Assembly (NCBI GenBank): GCA_003562335.1
Contig: PWVE01000162.1
Location: 1-46,578 of the forward strand
Length of the DNA stretch: 46,578 nucleotides
From: PVC group bacterium
GTDB lineage: Bacteria > Verrucomicrobiota > Kiritimatiellia > SLAD01
Reading direction: 5' to 3'
A program made the translations under genes and the position numbers. The stretch's first letter is position 1; the number at the start of each line of letters is the position of its first letter. Positions 8,793-16,380 of this stretch are shown in pieces. The notes beneath the pieces were generated by a model. That model had not been told where the DNA came from. It searched no databases and saw nothing but the letters and a program-made list of their open reading frames with translations.

Positions 8793-9032
8793 CTAACGCC
8801 TCACCACCCGTTTCCAAGGCCTGGAAACCACCCCTCTTTTCACTTCCAACGTCAACATCTTGTCTGTCGAAATCACCGTGACGTGTACCCTGTACTTGGG
8901 AGTAAACAAGACGAATGTGTGGTAGCGGGTTTTCGGCATACACAAATGACTGAGACCGCCAAGTGTTACCGCCATCGTGAGAATCGCCACTAGTGGGGAA
9001 ATGCGTTCGGTTAACCAGTTTTCTTTGCACAT
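8793..9032 (-). CDS. hypothetical small protein with one hydrophobic segment (weak call)
   Basis: 79 aa counted from the internal ATG (MCKENWLTERISPLVAILTMAVTLGGLSHLC…). The protein is very basic, I see no convincing Shine-Dalgarno and I recognise no family. Confidence 0.25.
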   Translation of the reverse strand: MCKENWLTERISPLVAILTMAVTLGGLSHLCMPKTRYHTFVLFTPKYRVHVTVISTDKMLTLEVKRGVVSRPWKRVVRR

Positions 9033-9483
9033 GATCGGGCGTCGTTCCTTGCTTGGGCCCCTCGGCATTCTAAATTCTAGCCCAGTAGATGCGTTAGCTG
9101 CTGCTTAATCGAGTGATGGTGATGGCCTCTTCATTGACGTCTTTGCACCAATAATGGAAATGAGGCCAGAATGATTCCAGTAAGGATTGCGCGGCAAGCG
9201 GGTTTCATGATCCTTTCCAATACTCTATTGTTTTCGTAACTCGGTTACTGTTTCATTGTGCCGAAAACAGGACGTTAGAGGCAATTCATAATTCACAAAC
9301 AATTTTAATTTAATGGAATCCTTGATAAGTGCGTGGGTCCTCGATGGGGTCAATAGTGGTGCTTTAGGGGGAAAACTGCATGCAGAGTGGGCTAAGCGGT
9401 TGTGAAGTGGGCGATGCGAAGATCACGCCCGGTTTCCGATTACCGGCTCGACTTGTCACGGCATTGCGTTAGCATCGTTCGCG

Positions 9484-11040
9484 ATGAGCGTAAACAACAC
9501 CCACGTGCCGCCTGGCGGCCGGATGTCCTTGCAGGCGATGCCGTATGCGCGGGACGTCGACTTTGATCCTCCGTGTTTTCCGCGTGCTGCTGAATACCGG
9601 GCGTGGCCATTTGCCGACACCTCTCAGCTGCGCGAGCCCGCAGTGCGTCGGCCGGCGTTCCCATATTCTGAACGGCATTTACAGTGTGTTTGGTATGATC
9701 CCGAATGGCGGCCCGCCAAGCTGCAGACCAGCGACGGGGAATTGGTCACCGTCGAACATCCGGGCAGCTGGAATCAGGAAGCCGGGCCGGATTTTCTGGG
9801 GGCGGTGCTGCGGATTGGACCGGATCGCCGCCGGGTGGCGGGCGACGTGGAGCTGCATATTCATCCCGCCGATTGGGTTGCGCACGGTCACGGATCAGAT
9901 CCGCGCTACCAGCAGGTTCGGGTACATGTGACCTATTTCCCCGGCGCGGCCGAGCCGCAACCCGTGCCGGGCGCGGTGCATATTGTTTTGCGCGACGCGT
10001 TGGCCCGGCAACCCGGTTTCGCGTTCGAGCACATTGATGTGGCCGCCTATCCGTACGGGGCCCGGGCCGACCGGCCGCCGTGCGCGCAGGTGTTGGCGGG
10101 ATTCCCGCCTGCCGCCCGCCGGGCGGTGCTGCTGGCGGCCGGCGAAGAACGGCTGCGGCGTAAGGCCGAACGACTCCGCCAGCGCATGGCGGAGCAGGAT
10201 CCCGAGCAGGCGCTGTACGAAGAAACGCTGGCTGCGCTGGGGTATAAACACAACAAAGCGGCTGGTCGCCAACTGGCCCGGCTGGCGCCCGTGGCGGAAT
10301 TACGGGCGGTAAGTGGTGGACAGCCCATCGCCGCCTATGCGGTGCTGTTGGGTGTCGCAGGTTTGTTGCCGTCCGGTGATCGCCGCTATGGCGACCCGGC
10401 CACGGCCCGCTGGGTGCGCCAACTATGGGATGTCTGGTGGCGGCAACGGGCCCGCTATGAGAATCGCGCGCCCACACCGGAATGGCGCTTGGACGGTATG
10501 CGCCCCACCAACCATCCCGCGCGGCGCTTGATGGCGGCCGCCCTGATGTTTGCCGGTCCAACGTTACTACCAACCACTATTACCACCTTGGCCGGGACCC
10601 AGCCCCGCGACTGGGTCAAGGCCGGGCGCCATTACCTGGAATCTTTGCACGACGACTATCTGTGTGCGCGCCTTAGCCTGACCGGCCGCCCGCGCGCCAC
10701 GCCGGTCGCCTTGGTGGGGGCCACCCGGGCAGCCGCTATGCTGGCCAATGTCTGGATTCCCTGGCTGGCCGCACAAGACGGCTATACGGAGGCGGTCACC
10801 CACGCGTTGGAGGCGTTGCCGCCGGAAGGGGACAATGGGATTGTAAAGCAAACGGCGTTCTACTTATTCGGCCGTGATCACGCGCCGAGCCTCTACCGGG
10901 ATGCCCTGACCCGCCAGGGACTTCATCAAATCTTTCAGGATTTTTGTCTAAACGATCGTTCCCGCTGCGGACAGTGCGGGTTCCCGGACGCGTTGGCACG
11001 CTACGGGCGAAGCAGCGGTTCGGCCCCGAAAGACCATTGA
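9484..11040 (+). CDS. DUF2851 family protein
   Basis: 518-aa ORF with an ATG start. The N-terminal block [10 protein letters not shown]…[19 protein letters not shown]…[17 protein letters not shown] matches my memory of the DUF2851 signature. Confidence 0.8.
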   Translation: MSVNNTHVPPGGRMSLQAMPYARDVDFDPPCFPRAAEYRAWPFADTSQLREPAVRRPAFPYSERHLQCVWYDPEWRPAKLQTSDGELVTVEHPGSWNQEAGPDFLGAVLRIGPDRRRVAGDVELHIHPADWVAHGHGSDPRYQQVRVHVTYFPGAAEPQPVPGAVHIVLRDALARQPGFAFEHIDVAAYPYGARADRPPCAQVLAGFPPAARRAVLLAAGEERLRRKAERLRQRMAEQDPEQALYEETLAALGYKHNKAAGRQLARLAPVAELRAVSGGQPIAAYAVLLGVAGLLPSGDRRYGDPATARWVRQLWDVWWRQRARYENRAPTPEWRLDGMRPTNHPARRLMAAALMFAGPTLLPTTITTLAGTQPRDWVKAGRHYLESLHDDYLCARLSLTGRPRATPVALVGATRAAAMLANVWIPWLAAQDGYTEAVTHALEALPPEGDNGIVKQTAFYLFGRDHAPSLYRDALTRQGLHQIFQDFCLNDRSRCGQCGFPDALARYGRSSGSAPKDH

Positions 11041-11074
11041 CCACCCGACGTGTTTAATTTTAGATGGGGGTAGT

Positions 11075-12211
11075 ATGAGTAAGCATATCGGCGTTTTAAC
11101 CAGTGGTGGCGATTGTCCCGGATTGAATGCGGCCATCCGTGGTGTGGCTCGCGCGGGGCAGGAAGCGTTTGGTATGCGGTTCATCGGATTCAAGGATGGG
11201 TTTCGCGGGCTGGTCCAGAACCGGTTTCTGGAATTGGATCATCACTTGCTGTCAGGCATTCTGACCGATGGCGGGACCATCTTGGGCACAAGCCGCGACA
11301 AACCTCATCGCATGCCCATGGGCGATACGGTGCGCGACATGACGGATGCCATCGTGGAAACTTATCGCAAGCATCATTTGGATGCCCTGGTCTGTATTGG
11401 TGGCGGCGGAACACAAAAAAACGCCTTACGCTTGCAGGCAGCGGGACTGAACATTTTAACCCTACCCAAGACCATCGATAATGATGTGGCCTTTACAGAT
11501 GTGAGCTTCGGTTTTGATACGGCGGTGGGTATAGCCACAGAAGCGATTGACCGCTTGCATTCAACGGCGATGAGCCACGGCCGCGTGATCGTGGTCGAGG
11601 TGATGGGACATCGCGCTGGTTGGCTGGCCTTGGCGGCAGGGATTGCCGGTGGGGCGGAGGTTATTTTACTTCCGGAAATCCCTCATCAGGTCGAGCACGT
11701 AGCCGAAGCCATTCGCAAGCGATCGCGGAGCGGCAAAACGTATAGCATTGTCGTCGTTGCCGAAGGGGCTATGTCAAAGAGTCAAGCGGAGCAGATTGAG
11801 CTTTTGGTGGCCAAAAAGAATAAAGCCAAGAAGAAGGCCCAGAAGAAAGCGGCGTCCGCGGAGCTGGAAGCTTTTCATAAAGAACATGTCAATCACACGG
11901 TCAACTTGACCGCCGAGTTGGAGGCTCGCACCGGATTGGAGTCCCGGTTGACTATTTTGGGACATCTTCAGCGTGGCGGCACGCCCAGTTCAGCCGATCG
12001 CCTATTGGCCACCCGTCTCGGTACCGCCTGTGCCCGCCAACTGGCCGAGGGGCAATACGGGTATCTAATTGCTGCGCGTGGGGACCATACTGAACCTGTT
12101 CTCCTCAAAAAAGTGGCGGGTCAAAAAAAATTGGTTCCCACTGACCATGCTTGGGTTAATACCGCCCGCGAGCTCGGCATTTGCCTGGGTGACGGGGTGG
12201 GTACCGTTTGA
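11075..12211 (+). CDS. pfkA: 6-phosphofructokinase family protein (PfkA-type fold)
   Basis: [43 protein letters not shown] and LGHLQRGG. See the findings for deviations from the canonical motifs. Confidence 0.88.
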   Translation: MSKHIGVLTSGGDCPGLNAAIRGVARAGQEAFGMRFIGFKDGFRGLVQNRFLELDHHLLSGILTDGGTILGTSRDKPHRMPMGDTVRDMTDAIVETYRKHHLDALVCIGGGGTQKNALRLQAAGLNILTLPKTIDNDVAFTDVSFGFDTAVGIATEAIDRLHSTAMSHGRVIVVEVMGHRAGWLALAAGIAGGAEVILLPEIPHQVEHVAEAIRKRSRSGKTYSIVVVAEGAMSKSQAEQIELLVAKKNKAKKKAQKKAASAELEAFHKEHVNHTVNLTAELEARTGLESRLTILGHLQRGGTPSSADRLLATRLGTACARQLAEGQYGYLIAARGDHTEPVLLKKVAGQKKLVPTDHAWVNTARELGICLGDGVGTV

Positions 12212-12237
12212 TGCCTGCTCCGCAGGGATGGGTTCCG

Positions 12238-13197
12238 TCAGTAGCTAATATCCTCACCGCTGGTCAAGCAGCGTACCATGCCCATGTAATCCGGATGATC
12301 CGAGATGCGTTGATGACGAAATCCGCTGACCACCGTGCCTTTATGAATCAAGAAGGCACCCGGCATCTGGAAGCGGTCACCCACGATTTGGCCCATGCCG
12401 TGGCCATCCAGTAGAATGGACTGAACCGTGTAGCGCCACATGCCGGGCCCGTACACCTGCATTAAACTGGCGCGTTCCAGTCCCAAGGTCCGGTACAACG
12501 CGGCATCCGGGTCGCTGATACGCGGTATATCTTCCAAACGGTAGCGTTCAAACAGGTAGCGGGTCTTTTCGTCCTCGCCCATGTGCACAAACACAATGCG
12601 CGCCCCGGCGGATTCAATGGCGTGTCGTTGGGCGGCAATATCCGCCAGCGTTTCCCGGCAAAAGGTACAGCCCAAGTGTCGTAACAGCACCAGCAAGATA
12701 GGGCCTTCGTCAGACAGCGACGCCAATGAGCGGCCATCCTGCGTTACAAACTTATCCAGGTTTAGTTCCGTTGGCAGCCGGGTCGGCGGTGGCGGACCAC
12801 CGGCCGGTGCGCGGGCGAGGTGCCCCACGATCAACCCCAGTGGAACGTGTCCAATCAGGAGCACCAGTATCACCCACCACCCGGGTTCCGTCATGATTTG
12901 TCCGCTGATCACGCCAATGAACAGGAGGATGATCAGGATCAATGTGGACAGCAACCCCGCAAACAGTAGTAGCCAATTACGGACCAATGTGTTGGCGGCC
13001 AAAGCCAGATTGAAGCCGTAGACGGCGGCGACAATACCCAGCGCCCGCGCCATGAAAAGGGGGTAGGGGGGCGCGACGCCCAACATCGTAAAGATGCGGC
13101 TTGGGAATAGCGCCAGCAGCAAGCCGGTTAAAAAGAAATACGTGGCCGTAGCCTTTAATATCGGCGACAACATCGCCCATTTATTTGTCTCGTTCAA
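12238..13197 (-). CDS. membrane-anchored AhpC/TSA (peroxiredoxin-like, thioredoxin-fold) protein
   Basis: The N-terminal ~130 aa hold about four hydrophobic helices. The C-terminal domain has LLVLLRHLGCTFCRETLADI (CxxC) followed by ARIVFVHMG. Confidence 0.8.
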   Translation of the reverse strand: MNETNKWAMLSPILKATATYFFLTGLLLALFPSRIFTMLGVAPPYPLFMARALGIVAAVYGFNLALAANTLVRNWLLLFAGLLSTLILIILLFIGVISGQIMTEPGWWVILVLLIGHVPLGLIVGHLARAPAGGPPPPTRLPTELNLDKFVTQDGRSLASLSDEGPILLVLLRHLGCTFCRETLADIAAQRHAIESAGARIVFVHMGEDEKTRYLFERYRLEDIPRISDPDAALYRTLGLERASLMQVYGPGMWRYTVQSILLDGHGMGQIVGDRFQMPGAFLIHKGTVVSGFRHQRISDHPDYMGMVRCLTSGEDISY

Positions 13198-13330
13198 AAT
13201 AACCTCGCCAAGTGTGAGTCGCTAGTTTCGATGCGGCCATCTTACAATCAAAACCCACCGCCGTAAAGCGCGTAGCTGGCCGGTTGTCCCGGCGGTAACA
13301 AGGAAGGTCTCTTTCAGGTTATGATCTGCG

Positions 13331-15499
13331 TTAAGGGTTGGTTTGCATATCCAGCTTGATGCGCATGATCCCGTGCGGCGTGACGGGCTCCGGTATAGAG
13401 GTGGCTTCTATGAGCTCTTCCGCCAATAGCGGGTTGGTGATCGCCACCCAATCCACATGATTGGTGCTGAACTCAACGATGTACCGGAAGCCGGGCGCTG
13501 CGGCCCAGCTGATGTGATCCGATTCCTGGGCCAGGATGGCGAAGCGGGAATCCGCATTGCGCGGATTGGTCCCACCCCAGTACTCGCGTCGATTGCTCAG
13601 TCCGCTGCCGTCGTAATCGGCATCGGGATCACTTTGGGGATCTTCCGGATCAAGTCCGGCCGCTTCGTACCAGATGGCCGGCGGATCGCCCAACGGGGTG
13701 TCCGGTGGTTCGTCCGGAAAGAATTCGAGACGGTTACCGTCGGGGGAAATTTCCACCTGCGGCACGGATACCAACCCGTTGGGATCAACCGCGAGTATGC
13801 CGAACCCGATCATGGTATCGTCTGCCAGGCGTGTATTTCGCCAAATAATGCGTTGTCCCGGCGTGGGGGAAAAGGCCTGCAGACGGCGCAACGTCACCCG
13901 CGCCGTTTGTGTGGTATTGGTGGAGCGCAGGGTGATGGCATAGTGTGCCGGGGTGTCGACCACGTCGCCATCAAAATCATTCAATGCGGATGACCATTCC
14001 AAGTGTTGGTTGTACAGGCTGACCGTGTCGTCGCTGGGGGGCGGCACGGGCGCATTACCGCTGGCCATGGAGAAGGCCGGGAAACTCGAATTGCGGGTGA
14101 AATCCGCAAGTATGGGGCTCCAATTTGGGATCGCATAATCGCGCACCTCGTTCGAACCAAAACCGGCATGAGCCGATCCGTCAAGCATGGCGTGGAAACC
14201 GCGTCGGCCGCGGTACATCGCCCCCGGCAACGGTTTGCCCTGTGTGAGCCAGTCGATAGTCGAGTCGTTTTTACCGTGATGAAAGAAGATAAAGGCGGAT
14301 TCGTCGTCGGGTCGACTCTCGATTTGAAGGATATGGTTCATCCAATCATATACCCCGGTGCCGTCGTGAATGGCTAGATGTTCGGCGTGCGGGCCACGGT
14401 TTTCAACGGGCAGGTTGACTGCGGTTGATCCCCATTTGGGATAGAAGTCCCACCAATGCCCCCCTGGAATATCGGCTGCTGTCCCGTAATCGGTCATCGG
14501 CTGCCAGCAAAAGGCAGCGGCGAACACGTTGGGATAGCGCAACCCCATTGATAGTGCTCCGCTACCGCCCATGGATGATCCGAAAACATAAATGCGATCG
14601 GTGTCTACATAATAATCGGGATTGCGGATCACTTCATCGATCGCACGTAGGTGTCGATATTCGGTGAAATTAACGATGGGGCCCGTTTGGGGATCCCCCT
14701 CGGCGGAAAAATCCCAAGTGGCACTGAATCCGTAATGCCAAGTGTTCCCTGGGTCATCCACGCTGATTTCGATTCCCGGTAATCTGAACTGCGGCCGATC
14801 ACGAACGCTATATTTATTGCTGCGCTGGTGCAGGTCAAGAAACAGTGGAGCCGACGTGTTGGTGTTTACGTCGGGGTCGACATTGACCGCATAATTGTAG
14901 GCGTAACCACTAAACGTAGGGTTCCAGTTTTCGTAATCCATGAACTGCGTATAGACCCGGGAACGACCTTGCTCCCGGATCAACACAGGCGTTGGTTCAG
15001 CGGGTTCCTCCACTAGGTCGGCGGTGAGTCCGAATTCGGCCTGATTCTCGACGCCGTTTGTGATCACGGTTACGGCGTAGTAAAAGGTGCCTGCCTCCTT
15101 CGGGGTGTAGACAAACAAGCTGCGGCCGGCCTGTAGCGGGTCGCCTAGATCTTCAATGATGAACCGGGCATTCTCCCGGGCATGCCACGCAGAGTTTTTC
15201 GCAATGGTTGCCAGCGGAACGGCCTGTGCAAGCGAGGTTTCGGTGATGGGCGCATCGTGGCGATACACGCGGTATTGTGCATCGCTAGGGGTGCTTAACT
15301 CGTCCCAAGTCAGAAAAGTTTGGCCGGAACGGTGGAAGGCAGTCACATTTTCGGGTTGTTGCGCAAAGAGGGGTTGATGCGCTACGCACCACCAAAACAC
15401 CACGCCCCACATTAGCCGGCCCAGCGAGCAGGGATCACAGTTCGGAAAGTGTGAGCACCTGTCCGTTGGCCCCGGCGAGCGGTGGCGGTTGCTATTCAT
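13331..15499 (-). CDS. secreted alpha/beta-hydrolase (esterase/peptidase-like) with a C-terminal TSP3-like motif and a beta-rich tail
   Basis: GxSxG nucleophile elbow (VFGSSMGGSGA), HHGKNDSTI, and the hydrophobic h-region GRLMWGVVFWWCVAHQPLFA-QQ. Candidate starts are the ATG at 15499 (which gives a basic n-region) and the ATG at 15412. Confidence 0.8.
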   Translation of the reverse strand: MNSNRHRSPGPTDRCSHFPNCDPCSLGRLMWGVVFWWCVAHQPLFAQQPENVTAFHRSGQTFLTWDELSTPSDAQYRVYRHDAPITETSLAQAVPLATIAKNSAWHARENARFIIEDLGDPLQAGRSLFVYTPKEAGTFYYAVTVITNGVENQAEFGLTADLVEEPAEPTPVLIREQGRSRVYTQFMDYENWNPTFSGYAYNYAVNVDPDVNTNTSAPLFLDLHQRSNKYSVRDRPQFRLPGIEISVDDPGNTWHYGFSATWDFSAEGDPQTGPIVNFTEYRHLRAIDEVIRNPDYYVDTDRIYVFGSSMGGSGALSMGLRYPNVFAAAFCWQPMTDYGTAADIPGGHWWDFYPKWGSTAVNLPVENRGPHAEHLAIHDGTGVYDWMNHILQIESRPDDESAFIFFHHGKNDSTIDWLTQGKPLPGAMYRGRRGFHAMLDGSAHAGFGSNEVRDYAIPNWSPILADFTRNSSFPAFSMASGNAPVPPPSDDTVSLYNQHLEWSSALNDFDGDVVDTPAHYAITLRSTNTTQTARVTLRRLQAFSPTPGQRIIWRNTRLADDTMIGFGILAVDPNGLVSVPQVEISPDGNRLEFFPDEPPDTPLGDPPAIWYEAAGLDPEDPQSDPDADYDGSGLSNRREYWGGTNPRNADSRFAILAQESDHISWAAAPGFRYIVEFSTNHVDWVAITNPLLAEELIEATSIPEPVTPHGIMRIKLDMQTNP

Positions 15500-15548
15500 C
15501 AATGGAGTATAGTGGAAACCACGGCTTTTTCAAGCGCGGGACACACTG
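15407..15548 (-). repeat. copy A of a ~145-nt dispersed module (promoter plus 5' end of the hydrolase gene)
   Basis: Hand alignment to 18205-18350. The first 38 columns are 31/38 identical without gaps. The next ~58 columns have about 9 mismatches, one 1-nt indel and one 3-nt indel. A distal block CTT(T/A)TTCAAGCG is also shared. Confidence 0.85.
15506..15533 (-). promoter_or_regulatory. sigma-70-like promoter: TTGAAA, 16-nt spacer, TATACT
   Basis: On the minus strand the -35 is at 15533-15528 and the -10 at 15511-15506. The ATG at 15499 begins 7 nt after the -10, so the mRNA could be leaderless. Confidence 0.35.
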
Positions 15549-15712
15549 CGCGAGCCGCGTCGCCTGTGAATCCGTTGCCAACGCGACAGTCGTTGGCTCG
15601 ATTCCTAGATGTCGGCAAGCTCGGCATGACCAAATCCTTCCGAGTTCAACAACAGCCTCCACACACGTTCTCAAGCAGGTACTCCATCAATTATTTACAG
15701 CGCAATCGGCTT

Positions 15713-16171
15713 TCAGGCGGGCTGCAGTTGGCTGGCGAGAAACGCGGCGCGCTCTTTGGCCGTATCGTAAAGGAAACCCAGGGCTTGATCAGGATTGAGC
15801 TCGAAAGGATCAAAACCGTCACGCAGGCCGTGTTGGAGCAAGATCATGCGATCGACGGCGTCTGCGCGAATATAGGCCATTGACCAGCGGCCAAACAGGT
15901 GTTCATCGATCGACGCGTAAGACAGCAGGGTCACTTGGTCGTTGCGCGGATCATTCACAATGCGCCGGTAAACGTCGTTCACGTCCGTACGCGAGCCTTC
16001 CAGGCACTGTAGAAAGCCGCTAGCCGAATAGCAGAGCGAACCGGTTATTCCCGCCACATCATTGTTCTTCCGCGACGCCTCCATAATGTCCGCCAGCTCC
16101 TGTGGGCCGCATGTCTTGGTCATACGGCTCGCGTAAACCAAACGAACCAAAGCTGAATCATATGTATTCAT
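15713..16171 (-). CDS. short BLUF-domain blue-light (FAD) photoreceptor
   Basis: 152 aa. LVYASRM (Tyr), ITGSLCYSASGFLQCLEGS (Gln), VYRRIVNDPRN and GRWSMAY (Trp-x-Met). GAGGAG lies 7 nt upstream of the ATG. Confidence 0.88.
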   Translation of the reverse strand: MNTYDSALVRLVYASRMTKTCGPQELADIMEASRKNNDVAGITGSLCYSASGFLQCLEGSRTDVNDVYRRIVNDPRNDQVTLLSYASIDEHLFGRWSMAYIRADAVDRMILLQHGLRDGFDPFELNPDQALGFLYDTAKERAAFLASQLQPA

Positions 16172-16380
16172 TTTTTTCTCCTCAAGTTATTTAAGCCGTC
16201 GCTCGTCATGAGCGCGTTATTTTCATTATGCGGGTATGTCGAGGATAGCCGCGTTACCTATCACGTGAATGGCTGGCGGGTTGACAGCCGGCACTGCACA
16301 GGGCAGGCTGGGCATTCAAGGAGGAGTTCCGCAAATGGTGTTTGGCGCAATAAGGACGGGCGGGCGGGAGCGGTAGGCGT

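Noticed and set aside
8977-9005. Possible third copy of the MITE terminal repeat: GTGAGAA at 8977-8983 and GAAATGCG at 8998-9005.
   Set aside because: Only 7-8-nt word matches are involved and they are split by unrelated sequence. Matches of this length are expected by chance in a 46-kb window.
9746-10573. A 275-aa minus-strand ORF antisense to the DUF2851 gene. Similar long shadow ORFs occur at 19239-20336 (+), 28494-29138 (+), 35740-36552 (+), 39756-40454 (-) and 44834-45559 (+).
   Set aside because: Their translations are Arg/Pro/Gly/Ala-rich low-complexity sequences. They are nested antisense within genes that carry strong family signatures. This is the typical pattern of spurious ORFs in high-GC DNA.
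12123-12130. The A8 run inside pfk as a programmed frameshift or phase-variation site.
   Set aside because: The reading frame is continuous through the run and encodes a sensible C-terminus. No alternative-frame ORF continues from it.
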